Assembly: GCA_977020255.1 (NCBI GenBank)
Contig: CDROCS010003649.1
Location: 1-64,000 of the forward strand
Length of the DNA stretch: 64,000 nucleotides
Reading direction: 5' to 3'
Origin: Obrimoposthia wandeli
Lineage: Eukaryota
Both the position numbers and the translations under genes were made by a program. The notes under the pieces are model-generated. The model was not told the DNA's origin and did no database searches. It worked only from the letters and a program-made list of their open reading frames with translations. This document shows positions 54,488-64,000 of the stretch, in pieces. Numbering within the stretch: position 1 is the stretch's first letter; every line of letters starts with the position of its first letter.

Positions 54488-55330
54488 TTATGGACGTTCG
54501 CCAGCGGCTAAACGAGCATCAATATCGGCAACTACTTGTGGTAAGTCTGCGATGGTATCAACCAAATAATGGGCATTGAACGGCGTGAAACGGTCACGCG
54601 CTTTTTCACGAGCTTGGTGTAGTGTCGCTTCGTCTGCTGCAAGGTATTCAGCCAGCGTTAGACCCGCTTCATTACCCGACAACAATAAACCGACAGTCCA
54701 CATACCGGCATTATGGCCTTCTTCAATACCCGGAACAGAGTCATCAACCTTGATACAAGCGCCAACATCAGTCACTGCCATATCAATAACATTTTTAAGC
54801 ACCATGTACGGTGCAGGACGGCCACCAGCAGGTAAATCATCAGTCGCGACAACACAATCTGGCACATAGCCTTTTTCTGCCGCAATCGGTATTAGTTTGT
54901 CCATAACGACACGTGGATAACCAGAACACGAACCAATTTTAACGCCTTGCTGTTTTAACCCATTAACCACATCTAATGCATGCGGGATTGGGTCTGCGTG
55001 TTCGCCTACTTTAGCAATTTGTAGCGGCATAAATGTTTCATAAATCGCATCAATATCAGCCTTGCTGATCGTTGTGCCAAACTGCGCCTGCCATCGAGCA
55101 GCTACAGCTGGTAATTCAGATACTGCTTTAATGTGATCCCATTTACCCAGACCCATCGGCACTCGCGCTTCCGCTAGGCTAATATCAAAATCATACTGCG
55201 CTTTAAATGCGGCAATAAAAATAGTGGTTGGGGCAAATGAACCGAAATCAACGATAGTGCCCGCCCAATCAAAAATAACAGATTGAACATGGTTAAGTTT
55301 TACTGACTGTGCTTGTGCGATGTTAGACAT
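54488..55330 (-). CDS. phnX: Phosphonoacetaldehyde hydrolase (phosphonatase)
   Basis: HAD motif FDWAGTIVDFGSFAP, ARVPMGLGKWDHI, GRPAPYM, KVDDSVPGIEEG. Confidence 0.96.
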   Translation of the reverse strand: MSNIAQAQSVKLNHVQSVIFDWAGTIVDFGSFAPTTIFIAAFKAQYDFDISLAEARVPMGLGKWDHIKAVSELPAVAARWQAQFGTTISKADIDAIYETFMPLQIAKVGEHADPIPHALDVVNGLKQQGVKIGSCSGYPRVVMDKLIPIAAEKGYVPDCVVATDDLPAGGRPAPYMVLKNVIDMAVTDVGACIKVDDSVPGIEEGHNAGMWTVGLLLSGNEAGLTLAEYLAADEATLHQAREKARDRFTPFNAHYLVDTIADLPQVVADIDARLAAGERP

Positions 55331-55361
55331 AATAATATTTTCCCAAGTAACTATTTATTAA

Positions 55362-55394
55362 TAATGATTTTATTAATGATTTTATTAATGATTT
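55362..55394 (+). repeat. 12-bp tandem repeat (TAATGATTTTAT)x2.8
   Basis: Read directly in the phnW-phnX gap. Confidence 0.8.
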
Positions 55395-55472
55395 ATGAAT
55401 AATTTTATTCACTAATTTATGTATGAATAATTGCCTATATCCGTGTTAAAGATTGCCTTAACATGTTATTAA

Positions 55473-56579
55473 TTATGCCTTTATTTCCCAATGCTTCGCA
55501 GTTTCCATCGCCACTAACAGACGTTGAATATCGCTAGGATGGACATCACCAATGTTACCGATACGGAAACAATCAGCGTTGGACACCTTACCCGGATAGA
55601 TAACAAAACCTTGTTCTTTCAGGCAGTCGTAAAACGCTTTAAATTGGTAATCACTGTGTGTCGGAGAATAGAACGAAGTGATGATTGGTGAATGTAATGA
55701 TGCATCCAGTAGCGTAGAAAAACCCAGTTTCGCCATACCTGCAACTAACGTTGTTTGATTTTCTTGATAACGTTGATGACGAGCGGCAATGCCACCTTCT
55801 TCTTCAAGTTCTAATAACGCTTGGTAAAATGCACGCACCGTGTGGGTTGGTGACGTAAAGCGCCACTTGCCACCATTTTTTTCCATACAATGCCATTGGT
55901 CATACAGGTCAAGCGTCAATGAACGCGCTAGCCCTTTGCATTTTTCCAACTCACTTTGTTTAGCAATAACAAAGCCAAAACCCGGTACACCCTGAATACA
56001 TTTATTGGCTGAACTGATCAGGAAATCAACGCCCAGTTCGGCAACATCCAATGGGATACCACCAAAGCTCGACATCGCATCCAAGATAACGATCTTACCG
56101 TGTTGTTTCGCTAGCTTAATAACCTCATCAATCGGGTTTAACATGCCTGTTGTGGTTTCACAGTGCACAATCGCGACATGAGTAATGCTGTCATCGGCGA
56201 TTAATTTCGCTTCGACTTCAGCAATACTTGGTTGCGCCGTTTCACCTGGGGCAATAACGTCACAAGCAATATTTAAGTAATCAGCAATTTGAGCGATACG
56301 GGCACCGTATGCGCCGTTATCAACTACCAATAATTTACCATCAGCAGGAATAACACTGCCAATTGTTGCTTCCACTGATGCGGTACCGCTACCTTGCATC
56401 AATACACTGGTATAACCCGCTTGTGGGGTTGCTAATTGAACTAACTTAGCGCGGATAACTTCAACAATATCTTTGTTATATTCATCATCCCAAGTACACC
56501 AATCTTTTAGCATGGCTTCTCGTACACTTGTTGTAGTAGAAAGTGGACCCGGTGTAAGTAATAAATATTCGTTTTTCAT
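55473..56579 (-). CDS. phnW: 2-aminoethylphosphonate--pyruvate transaminase
   Basis: [38 protein letters not shown] (PLP Lys), WRFTSPTH; start moved to MKNEY (56579). Confidence 0.96.
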   Translation of the reverse strand: MKNEYLLLTPGPLSTTTSVREAMLKDWCTWDDEYNKDIVEVIRAKLVQLATPQAGYTSVLMQGSGTASVEATIGSVIPADGKLLVVDNGAYGARIAQIADYLNIACDVIAPGETAQPSIAEVEAKLIADDSITHVAIVHCETTTGMLNPIDEVIKLAKQHGKIVILDAMSSFGGIPLDVAELGVDFLISSANKCIQGVPGFGFVIAKQSELEKCKGLARSLTLDLYDQWHCMEKNGGKWRFTSPTHTVRAFYQALLELEEEGGIAARHQRYQENQTTLVAGMAKLGFSTLLDASLHSPIITSFYSPTHSDYQFKAFYDCLKEQGFVIYPGKVSNADCFRIGNIGDVHPSDIQRLLVAMETAKHWEIKA

Positions 56580-56592
56580 CTCTGCTTCCATT

Positions 56593-56605
56593 TGGACTAT
56601 ACCAG
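56593..56605. promoter_or_regulatory. GntR/HutC-type (PhnR) operator upstream of phnW
   Basis: TGGACTATACCAG, exact reverse complement of the site at 58076-58088. Confidence 0.75.
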
Positions 56606-56754
56606 TTGATGGGAACTCTAGCAGTGGATGAGTAGGTTGGTAAATAGCCCAACAGCAGAATTCACAAAAGCTTCATATTCGCAGACGTTAAGAAAAAACG
56701 ACGAGAAAAGTGCAGAGATAAAAAACCAGAAATAAAAAATATTAATTAATTTAA

Positions 56755-56799
56755 CTGACATCAATCGGTCATATTAATGTAACAAAAGCGCTCTATTAT
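56755..56799 (+). promoter_or_regulatory. Pho-box promoter of the phosphonate binding protein gene
   Basis: CTGACAT, CGGTCAT, ATGTAAC at an 11-bp period, then 10 bp, then -10 TATTAT. Confidence 0.7.
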
Positions 56800-56812
56800 T
56801 ATTCCCAACAAA

Positions 56813-56828
56813 TCTGGTACAGACCAGA
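56813..56828. promoter_or_regulatory. PhnR-type operator upstream of the binding protein gene
   Basis: TCTGGT-ACAG-ACCAGA palindrome just downstream of the predicted start site. Confidence 0.75.
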
Positions 56829-56859
56829 ATCAACCGTTAATAATTTTTGGAGTTACCGA

Positions 56860-57867
56860 ATGAAACAACGTTGGATGATAGGTTCTATCGCTGCCCTAGG
56901 CGCTTTATTTACTGCACCAGTATTTGCCGCAGAAGCCGTGGTGGTTTACACCGCCTTTGAAACAGATGTATTAGCGAAATACAAAGTTGCCTTTGAAAAA
57001 GAAAACCCTGATATCGATATCAAATGGGTACGTGATTCAACGGGTATCATGACAGCAAAATTATTAGCTGAAAAAAATAACCCTCGCGCAGAAGTGGTTT
57101 GGGGTTTAGCGGGTTCATCAATGGCATTACTTAAAAACGCCGGCATCTTAAAACCTTACTCACCAAAAGGCGTCGAGAATCTGCGTACGAGCATGATCGA
57201 CCCAGAAGAAAACAAAGCATGGTATGGCAATGACGCCTGGTTCAATGCCATCTGCTTTAACGAATACGTTGCGAAACAGCACAACCTACCAAAACCAACA
57301 TCATGGGATGATCTACTAAAACCAATTTATAAAGGTCACATCGCCATGCCTAACCCGGCATCTTCAGGTACTGGTTATATGCAAGTATCAGCATGGTTAC
57401 AAACTATGGGTGAAGATAAGGGTTGGAGCTACATGACCAAGTTAAACGAGAATATTGCTCACTATACTCACTCAGGTTCAAAACCTTGCGTACAAGCAGG
57501 CATGGGTGAAGTGGCTATTGGTGTGTCGATGGCATTACGTGGCGCAAAATTAAAAACCCAAGGCGCACCACTTGATGTGATCTTGCCAGATGGCGGTATC
57601 GGTTGGGAATCAGAAGCGGTTGGTCTCGTTAAACCATCGGCAGCGGCTAAACGTGTTATAGATTGGTCTATCTCAAAACAAGCCAACGAATTATATAACG
57701 AGTCATATGCGCTTGTTGGTCATAAAGACGTAAGCAAAGCCGTGACAAACTATCCAAATGTCCAAGACGCAATGGTCGCAATGGACTTTAGTAAAATGGC
57801 TGATGACCGTAAAGCAGTATTACATACCTGGTCAGAAAAGTTTGATTCAAAATCTGAAGCTAAATAA
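56860..57867 (+). CDS. phnS: 2-aminoethylphosphonate ABC transporter substrate-binding protein
   Basis: Signal peptide, VRDSTGIMTAKLLAEK, MPNPASSGTG, YTHSGSKPC; cluster context. Confidence 0.85.
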   Translation: MKQRWMIGSIAALGALFTAPVFAAEAVVVYTAFETDVLAKYKVAFEKENPDIDIKWVRDSTGIMTAKLLAEKNNPRAEVVWGLAGSSMALLKNAGILKPYSPKGVENLRTSMIDPEENKAWYGNDAWFNAICFNEYVAKQHNLPKPTSWDDLLKPIYKGHIAMPNPASSGTGYMQVSAWLQTMGEDKGWSYMTKLNENIAHYTHSGSKPCVQAGMGEVAIGVSMALRGAKLKTQGAPLDVILPDGGIGWESEAVGLVKPSAAAKRVIDWSISKQANELYNESYALVGHKDVSKAVTNYPNVQDAMVAMDFSKMADDRKAVLHTWSEKFDSKSEAK

Positions 57868-57900
57868 GCGCTAATCACGCAATTTAAGCATCCAAATTTT

Positions 57901-57936
57901 ACCAAGCTAGAGGTTATTAATAATCTCTAGCTTGGT
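57901..57936. terminator. Long hairpin after the binding protein gene
   Basis: ACCAAGCTAGAG...CTCTAGCTTGGT 12-bp stem extended by TTATT/AATAA. Confidence 0.65.
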
Positions 57937-58040
57937 CGTTTCTAACATATAACTAAGCAGTAAATCCCCTATCTACATGCAGCAAATTTAATCGCTTAAA
58001 TTAATCATAATAAGTGTAAATTCCATGTAAAAATAACCAT

Positions 58041-58088
58041 TTGTCATCAAACTGTCACTTAGCCTGCCTACCATACTGGTATAGTCCA
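58041..58088 (+). promoter_or_regulatory. Pho box, -10 and PhnR operator upstream of the ATPase gene
   Basis: TTGTCAT-CAAA-CTGTCAC (58041-58058), 10 bp, TACCAT (58069-58074), CTGGTATAGTCCA (58076-58088). Confidence 0.8.
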
Positions 58089-58096
58089 ATTTACTT

Positions 58097-59212
58097 ATGA
58101 GTAGTCAGATGAACACGTATCTCAACATCAATAATCTTGTTAAAAAATTCGGTAATTTCACTGCATTAAACGATATTTCATTGCAGATAAACCAAGGCGA
58201 GTTCATCTGTTTTTTAGGCCCATCAGGCTGTGGTAAAACCACCCTATTACGCGCTATTGCGGGTCTCGATTTAGCAACATCTGGTGCTATTTTACAAGAC
58301 GGTAAAGACACCACATTCTTACCACCAGAAAAACGCGACTTCGGCATTGTATTTCAATCTTACGCATTATTCCCTAACTTAACCGTCGCAGAAAATATCA
58401 GTGTCGGTCTACACAACCAAGGTAAATCAGTCGCTGAAACAGTTGATATCGTTAATCACTGGCTCGGTATTATTGGTTTAGAAGATTCTGCACCGAAATA
58501 TCCAAACCAATTATCTGGTGGTCAGCAGCAACGTGTCGCCTTAGCAAGAGCACTCGCCTTATCGCCAGGACTATTATTATTAGATGAACCACTATCAGCA
58601 CTCGATGCGCAAGTGCGTACTCACTTAAGAGAAGAAATTCGCTCGTTGCAACGTAAACTTGGTATCACCACGATAATGGTCACCCATGATCAAGAAGAAG
58701 CGTTAGCAATGGCTGACCGTATTGTCGTAATGAATCACGGCATCATTGAACAAGTCGGTACACCACAAGAAATTTACGATAAACCCGCGTCGCGCTTTGT
58801 CGCCGAGTTTGTTGGTAACATGAATTTCATTGGCAGCTCAGTGATCAGCGATAACCAAATTCGCATTGCAGAAACCCTACTGCCAAAACCAAAAGACACC
58901 TTAAAACGAGGTGAGATGTTTGACCTAGCCGTGCGCCCTGAAGATATTCAATTTAGTAAGGATGACCAAGGCTTACCGATACAAATTAAAGCCATGGAAT
59001 TCCAAGGCACTTATGTACGCGCCGATTGTCAGTTGCTCGGACAGATGGATGCAGCCATGATTAAAGTCGATGTACCAATCCGTGACGTAAGATCCCTTGA
59101 GCTAAAAAATGGTGAATTTCGCCATATCAATTATAGCGATCAGTTTTCGCATACCTTCCCACGTAAATTTAATCAATCTTCACCAGTCAAGACCGCTGCG
59201 GTAGGGGTATAA
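58097..59212 (+). CDS. phnT: 2-AEP ABC transporter ATP-binding protein
   Basis: GPSGCGKTT, LSGGQQQRVALAR, LLLDEP, TOBE-like C-terminus. Confidence 0.85.
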   Translation: MSSQMNTYLNINNLVKKFGNFTALNDISLQINQGEFICFLGPSGCGKTTLLRAIAGLDLATSGAILQDGKDTTFLPPEKRDFGIVFQSYALFPNLTVAENISVGLHNQGKSVAETVDIVNHWLGIIGLEDSAPKYPNQLSGGQQQRVALARALALSPGLLLLDEPLSALDAQVRTHLREEIRSLQRKLGITTIMVTHDQEEALAMADRIVVMNHGIIEQVGTPQEIYDKPASRFVAEFVGNMNFIGSSVISDNQIRIAETLLPKPKDTLKRGEMFDLAVRPEDIQFSKDDQGLPIQIKAMEFQGTYVRADCQLLGQMDAAMIKVDVPIRDVRSLELKNGEFRHINYSDQFSHTFPRKFNQSSPVKTAAVGV

Positions 59213-59213
59213 C

Positions 59214-60932
59214 ATGGAATCGACCATCAACAAAGAGCAGCCGACGCCAAGTTATTTGCAACGATTAACGCTGTCATTTAGCCGAGATAGCATGTTACTG
59301 GCGAGCATCTTAATTATCTTAACCGTGCTGATGGGCTTTTTTATTGTTGCGCCGATGCTCACCATGTTTGCCAAAAGTGTCCAAGATATTGAAGGTAACT
59401 TCATTGGTTTAAGCAATTTTACAGCGTATTTCCAATCCAGTGCCATGTTGCACTCGATTGCCAATACCGTCACTGTGGGTTTAATCACAACGGCCATTGT
59501 CGGTGTACTCTCCTTCAGTTATGCCTATGCGTTAACTCGCAGTTGCATGCCTTTTAAAACTTTATTTCAAATTGTCGGTTCAGCACCTATCTTAGCGCCG
59601 TCATTACTGCCTGCGATAAGCTTGATTTATTTATTTGGTAATCAAGGTATTGCCAAAGAATTACTGGGCGGTGCATCTATTTATGGTGTCATCGGTATCA
59701 CCATTGGTATGGCGTTTTGGACTTTCCCGCATGCGTTAATGATTTTAACCACTGCGCTACGTACTTCTGATGCGCGTTTATATGAAGCCGCTACCGTATT
59801 AAAAAATCACCCCGTTAAAACATTTTTTATGGTGACCTTACCGGCAGCAAAGTATGGTGTTATTAGTACCTTGATCTTAGTGTTTACCTTAGTCGTTTGT
59901 GACTTTGGTGTACCCAAAGTGATTGGCGGTAGTTATAACGTATTAGCCACCGATATTTTCAAACAAGTCGTTGGCCAGCAAAACTTTGCCATGGGTGCGG
60001 TAACCAGTGTACTGCTACTATTACCAGCTGTATTAGCATTTATGATTGATCGCCACGTGCAACGTAAACAACAAAACTTATTTGATTCACGTTCAGTTGC
60101 TTACATCCCCAAACCACATAAAGTACGTGATGGTATTTGCTTGGTATTCTGCAGTACGATTGCGCTAGCCATACTGACTGTTATTGGCATGGCAATCTAC
60201 GCGTCATTTGTGACATTTTGGCCTTGGAATTTAAGCTTAAGTTTCAACAATTATAACTTCAGTGAAGTCAGTACTTATGGTTGGACGCCTTACTTTAACT
60301 CATTAACATTAGCGAGCTGGGTAGCGGTATTCGGTACAGTGATCATCTTTATTGGTGCTTATGTTATCGAAAAAGGCCGTGGCTTTGGTCCTATCCGTCA
60401 GTTACTACAAATGATAACTATCATTCCAATGGCCGTACCAGGTATCGTATTAGGCCTGGGTTATATCTTCTTCTTCAATGATATAAATAATCCACTTAAT
60501 GGTCTGTATGCTACGATGATATTACTGGTAGTAAATACCGTCGTACATTACTACACGGTCGGTCATATGACTGCATTAACGGCGTTAAAGCAATTACCCG
60601 CAGAAATTGAAGCCATTTCTGCCTCAATCAAAATGCCGCAATACAAATCATTCTTCCTGATCACCTTGCCAATTTGTGCACCTGCTATCATGGATATTGC
60701 AGCCTATTTATTTATTAATGCATTAACCACCACTTCCGCCGTTGTATTTTTATATGCGACCGATACAATTCCAGCATCGGTGTCAGTGTTAAATATGGAT
60801 GATGCAGGACAGACAGGATCAGCTGCAGCGATGGCAGTGATGATCTTAATCACGGCAGCGACCGCTAAAGTTATTCACTTAATTGCCGCATCATTTATTA
60901 ATAAAAGAACTCAGGCTTGGCGCCAAAAATAA
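59214..60932 (+). CDS. 2-AEP ABC transporter permease (two fused permease halves)
   Basis: 572 aa, two EAA-type loops (LYEAATVL, EIEAISASI). Confidence 0.85.
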   Translation: MESTINKEQPTPSYLQRLTLSFSRDSMLLASILIILTVLMGFFIVAPMLTMFAKSVQDIEGNFIGLSNFTAYFQSSAMLHSIANTVTVGLITTAIVGVLSFSYAYALTRSCMPFKTLFQIVGSAPILAPSLLPAISLIYLFGNQGIAKELLGGASIYGVIGITIGMAFWTFPHALMILTTALRTSDARLYEAATVLKNHPVKTFFMVTLPAAKYGVISTLILVFTLVVCDFGVPKVIGGSYNVLATDIFKQVVGQQNFAMGAVTSVLLLLPAVLAFMIDRHVQRKQQNLFDSRSVAYIPKPHKVRDGICLVFCSTIALAILTVIGMAIYASFVTFWPWNLSLSFNNYNFSEVSTYGWTPYFNSLTLASWVAVFGTVIIFIGAYVIEKGRGFGPIRQLLQMITIIPMAVPGIVLGLGYIFFFNDINNPLNGLYATMILLVVNTVVHYYTVGHMTALTALKQLPAEIEAISASIKMPQYKSFFLITLPICAPAIMDIAAYLFINALTTTSAVVFLYATDTIPASVSVLNMDDAGQTGSAAAMAVMILITAATAKVIHLIAASFINKRTQAWRQK

Positions 60933-61022
60933 CCACGTCACGCTTAATATAAAACTTAACCTGCTGCTATGATAAAGAATGCTCCAATAGCAGCAGGTTA
61001 GTCGCCAATATCAGAGGCTTTT

Positions 61023-61745
61023 GTGCAATACCTAAAAATTAAACAAGACATTTTACTGCAGATAGAATCAGGCTCACTATTTACCTCAGGGCAAAATCGA
61101 GCTTCAGGACAGAAGTTAAGCTCAGAACGAAAACTGGCAGAAGAGTTCAATACGACTCGTGTAACCCTGCGCGAGGCACTATCGCTGCTAGAATCAGAAG
61201 GTCACGTCTATCGTGAAGATCGCCGGGGTTGGTTCATCTCCCCAGAGCCATTGCGTTATGACCCCACCAATACCACCAATTTCCATAACCTTGCTCTCAG
61301 CCAACAGCGTATCCCGAAAACAGAGCTAATCAGTGCCACGATTGTACCTGCGGATAAACATATCGCAGCGCTATTGCAAATAGCACCGCAAACTAACGTG
61401 ATCCGTATTCACCGTGTACGTTATTTAGATGAACGTCCTGTGGTATTAGTCACCAATTATGTATTACCAAACCGATTTCCTCATTTACTCAGTCATGATC
61501 TGTCAACGTCATTAACAGATATTTACCAGCAACATTACGATACCCTTTATCAACAGACCCACTATCGTATACGTTCTTCGTCATTAATCGCTGATACTGC
61601 GGCGCCATTACGCGCTACGTCAGGCTGCGCCGCTATGTATATAGAACGGGTTAATTATGATCAACATGGTCAATTATTGGATTGTGATCTAGAATATTGG
61701 CGCCATGATGCGGTCACTATTGAAGCGCAAGCGACACGTAAATAA
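61023..61745 (+). CDS. phnR: GntR/HutC-family phosphonate regulator
   Basis: wHTH KLSSERKLAEEFNTTRVTLREAL plus UTRA-like domain; ends the phosphonate cluster; GTG start. Confidence 0.88.
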   Translation: MQYLKIKQDILLQIESGSLFTSGQNRASGQKLSSERKLAEEFNTTRVTLREALSLLESEGHVYREDRRGWFISPEPLRYDPTNTTNFHNLALSQQRIPKTELISATIVPADKHIAALLQIAPQTNVIRIHRVRYLDERPVVLVTNYVLPNRFPHLLSHDLSTSLTDIYQQHYDTLYQQTHYRIRSSSLIADTAAPLRATSGCAAMYIERVNYDQHGQLLDCDLEYWRHDAVTIEAQATRK

Positions 61746-61977
61746 TACACATTCATAATGGTTTACTGTAAGCGCCATAAATAAACGCCGATAATAACCT
61801 GTCGGCTTTTTATCGCATATATAAGCACCAAAATTACCACTTTAACGCATTAAATAGACTGTACTTTGTCATGTATTAGAAATAATGTAACATATCAAAA
61901 AAGGCTGACTAATATAGTCTAGAATACCCTATGCAGGTACACGCATATTTAACACTCAAAATGATAGGAATTTATCC

Positions 61978-62811
61978 ATGGAATATCTCGAACAATTAAT
62001 CGAAAAAGCGCCAGAGCTTGCTACCATTTACGGTACCAAAATACTCATGGCATTAGTGATCTTTCTCGTTGGTAAATACATTGCCAATGTGATGAAAAAA
62101 ATAACCTCGGGCTTATTAATAAAACGTAATATTGATAAAACCGTTGCGTCTTTTATTGGTAACATAGCTTGGAGTGTGGTGTTTGCTTTCACCGTGATCG
62201 CAACACTAAGTCAGTTTGGTGTACAAACTGCATCACTGGTTGCTGTTATTGGTGCTGCTGGTTTGGCCGTGGGTCTTGCGCTACAAGGTTCATTATCGAA
62301 TTTTGCCGCAGGTGTATTAATCGTTATCTTCCGCCCTTGTCGTATCGGTGATTACATCGAAGCTGCAGGCGTATCAGGTACCGTTGATGAAATTACTATT
62401 TTCTCTACTCGTTTAATCACGCCTGATAATAAAGTAATTATTGCACCAAATGCAGCAATCATGGATGGCACAATCACTAACTATTCAGCGTTAGGTAAAC
62501 GTCGTTTAGATCTTGTGGTTGGCGTATCGTATGACGCTGACATTAAGCAAACTAAAGCAATCTTAACAGCAGTAATCGAAAACAATGAATTTACTTTAGA
62601 AGATCCTGAACACACTGTGGGTATTTTAGAATTAGCTGATTCATCGGTTAACTTCGCAGTACGCCCTTGGGTTAAAACTGCAGATTACTGGGGCGCTTAC
62701 TTTAGCATGCAAGAAGAGCTAAAATTAGCCCTTGATGCGGCAGGTATTGCTATCCCTTATCCACAATTAGATTTGCATGTACAAGGCAACCCAACGCCAC
62801 CAGCAAGCTAA
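61978..62811 (+). CDS. mscS: Small-conductance mechanosensitive channel
   Basis: AAGLAVGLALQGSLSNFAAG, IGDYIEAAG, DNKVIIAPN, IPYPQLDLH. Confidence 0.92.
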   Translation: MEYLEQLIEKAPELATIYGTKILMALVIFLVGKYIANVMKKITSGLLIKRNIDKTVASFIGNIAWSVVFAFTVIATLSQFGVQTASLVAVIGAAGLAVGLALQGSLSNFAAGVLIVIFRPCRIGDYIEAAGVSGTVDEITIFSTRLITPDNKVIIAPNAAIMDGTITNYSALGKRRLDLVVGVSYDADIKQTKAILTAVIENNEFTLEDPEHTVGILELADSSVNFAVRPWVKTADYWGAYFSMQEELKLALDAAGIAIPYPQLDLHVQGNPTPPAS

Positions 62812-62833
62812 TTGCATATAATAAATAGTGTAT

Positions 62834-62866
62834 AAAAATGGGAGCCATTGTGGCTCCCATTTTTTT
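62834..62866. terminator. Bidirectional terminator between mscS and the ABC permease
   Basis: AAAAATGGGAGCCA-TTG-TGGCTCCCATTTTTTT. Confidence 0.88.
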
Positions 62867-62888
62867 ATTCACTTTTTATTAATTGCCT

Positions 62889-64000
62889 TTATTCAATACT
62901 TTCTGATTCAGCACTCAACCTATTAGGTCTGTATAACCGCTGTTTATAATAAATCAGGATGATTGCTAATAGCCCATAACCCAATGTTTGCATTAACAGT
63001 TGCGTTTGAAAATGGCTGACCATCTCAAAACTTGCGCCCATTTGGTTTAATTGCAACAAACCTTGAATCGCAGCAGTGCTCGGGAATAATTGTGATATCG
63101 CCACCAGCCAAGTCGGGATCTCACTTATCGGCCAAATAAAACCACTGGTGAATAATACGGGCATCGAGCTAAGCAGAATAACTTGCGTCGCCGTTTCAGC
63201 TTGGTTATATAACTGCCCTAACGCCACACCCAGACAAACAACCGCCAATAAGAATGGTACTAATAACTTAAGTATATCCCACGCTGCTGCGAGTCGATTG
63301 ACCCCGTAAAAATCCAATGCAAAACCAAAATAATACAAGCTAAACACCAGATATAACCCTAGGAAAACCAGTCCCCGTGCCAGTAATAACAAGGTCGGTG
63401 ATGCAGTTAACCAATAACCCTGCTCTTTTGCCCTTGAGCGTTCATTTTGACTCGCCGATAAAATGCCGCTAACAATGAGTAATGTTTGCTGCAAAATCAA
63501 AATAAACACCGCAGGTACTACGTAATCTAAATACCCATTTACCTGATTAAATACCGGCTGTAAGTTTAACGACGCAGGTTGCCACTGCTCTTTAGCTAAC
63601 AGGATACTTTCTGTATCGACCGTTAATCTCGCCACTTTAATCTGTGCAGACAAAGTGCCACCCGCTTTGAGAATACCCGATGTGATCGTTGAGTAAGTCA
63701 TGAAATAACTGGCATCACCACCGAGTGATAAGTTCACCGGTTTTTTCATCAACAGATCACGACGAAAATGCTTAGGGATAACTAAGAAACCTTTTATTTT
63801 CCCTTGTTCAATTAACGCCTCGGCATCACGTACTGAATCAACCTGACCAGTAATGTGTGCATCTGGCGTCGCGTTCACCATACGGATCAACTCACGACTC
63901 ACCGAGCTGCGGTCATAATCAATCACCACAATTTCGGCGTCTCTTGATACCTGTTGAGAATATGGCAGCGGGTACAAGATAGAATACATAATGATGCCAC
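62889..64000 (-). CDS. ABC-2 type exporter permease (YhhJ/YbhR-like), 5' end outside the window
   Basis: YSILYPLPY, VVIDYDRSSVSR, GYLDYVVPAVFILILQQ, FTSGFIWP; frame open to the window end. Confidence 0.85.
   Translation of the reverse strand, partial: GIIMYSILYPLPYSQQVSRDAEIVVIDYDRSSVSRELIRMVNATPDAHITGQVDSVRDAEALIEQGKIKGFLVIPKHFRRDLLMKKPVNLSLGGDASYFMTYSTITSGILKAGGTLSAQIKVARLTVDTESILLAKEQWQPASLNLQPVFNQVNGYLDYVVPAVFILILQQTLLIVSGILSASQNERSRAKEQGYWLTASPTLLLLARGLVFLGLYLVFSLYYFGFALDFYGVNRLAAAWDILKLLVPFLLAVVCLGVALGQLYNQAETATQVILLSSMPVLFTSGFIWPISEIPTWLVAISQLFPSTAAIQGLLQLNQMGASFEMVSHFQTQLLMQTLGYGLLAIILIYYKQRLYRPNRLSAESESIE

Noticed and set aside
55360-55395. Fur box in the phnW-phnX gap
   Set aside because: About 12/19 match, explained by an AT-rich tandem repeat, and no promoter is evident there.

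Overview
Core-chromosome segment of a marine gammaproteobacterium, very probably a Moritella species: the 550-aa chitinase at 49017-50669 looks like M. marina Chi60 as I recall it. The backbone follows the conserved tsaE/queG - tRNA-Gly - orn - rsgA - psd - mscM - epmA/efp/epmB ... groESL - aspA - fxsA block. It is interspersed with ndh, two tandem FadL porins, an acuR/acuI-like pair, a LruC/GEVED protein plus lipoprotein operon, a 5'-nucleotidase, MATE/RND/MFS exporters, acs, aroQ-accB-accC, chitinase, and a 2-aminoethylphosphonate (phnWX, ABC transporter, phnR) cluster. There is no prophage, transposase or CRISPR array; the CRISPR-looking repeat at 4230-5411 is nine identical tRNA-Gly(GCC) genes. 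The most interesting signals are non-coding or architectural: (1) a 151-bp MITE-like element present twice and carrying CsrA-type GGA hairpins; (2) a sigma54 promoter with a tandemly repeated SypG/LuxO-like enhancer ahead of a bmp/bal-like biofilm operon; (3) mosaic tRNA spacers and a G-free trailer; (4) readable PhoB plus PhnR control of the phosphonate cluster; (5) a stand-alone DsbD alpha domain; (6) a heavily frameshifted tsaE at the window edge, probably a sequencing artefact. All calls are by eye, with no database searches. Where the start codon was moved downstream of the ORF-track start, this is noted.
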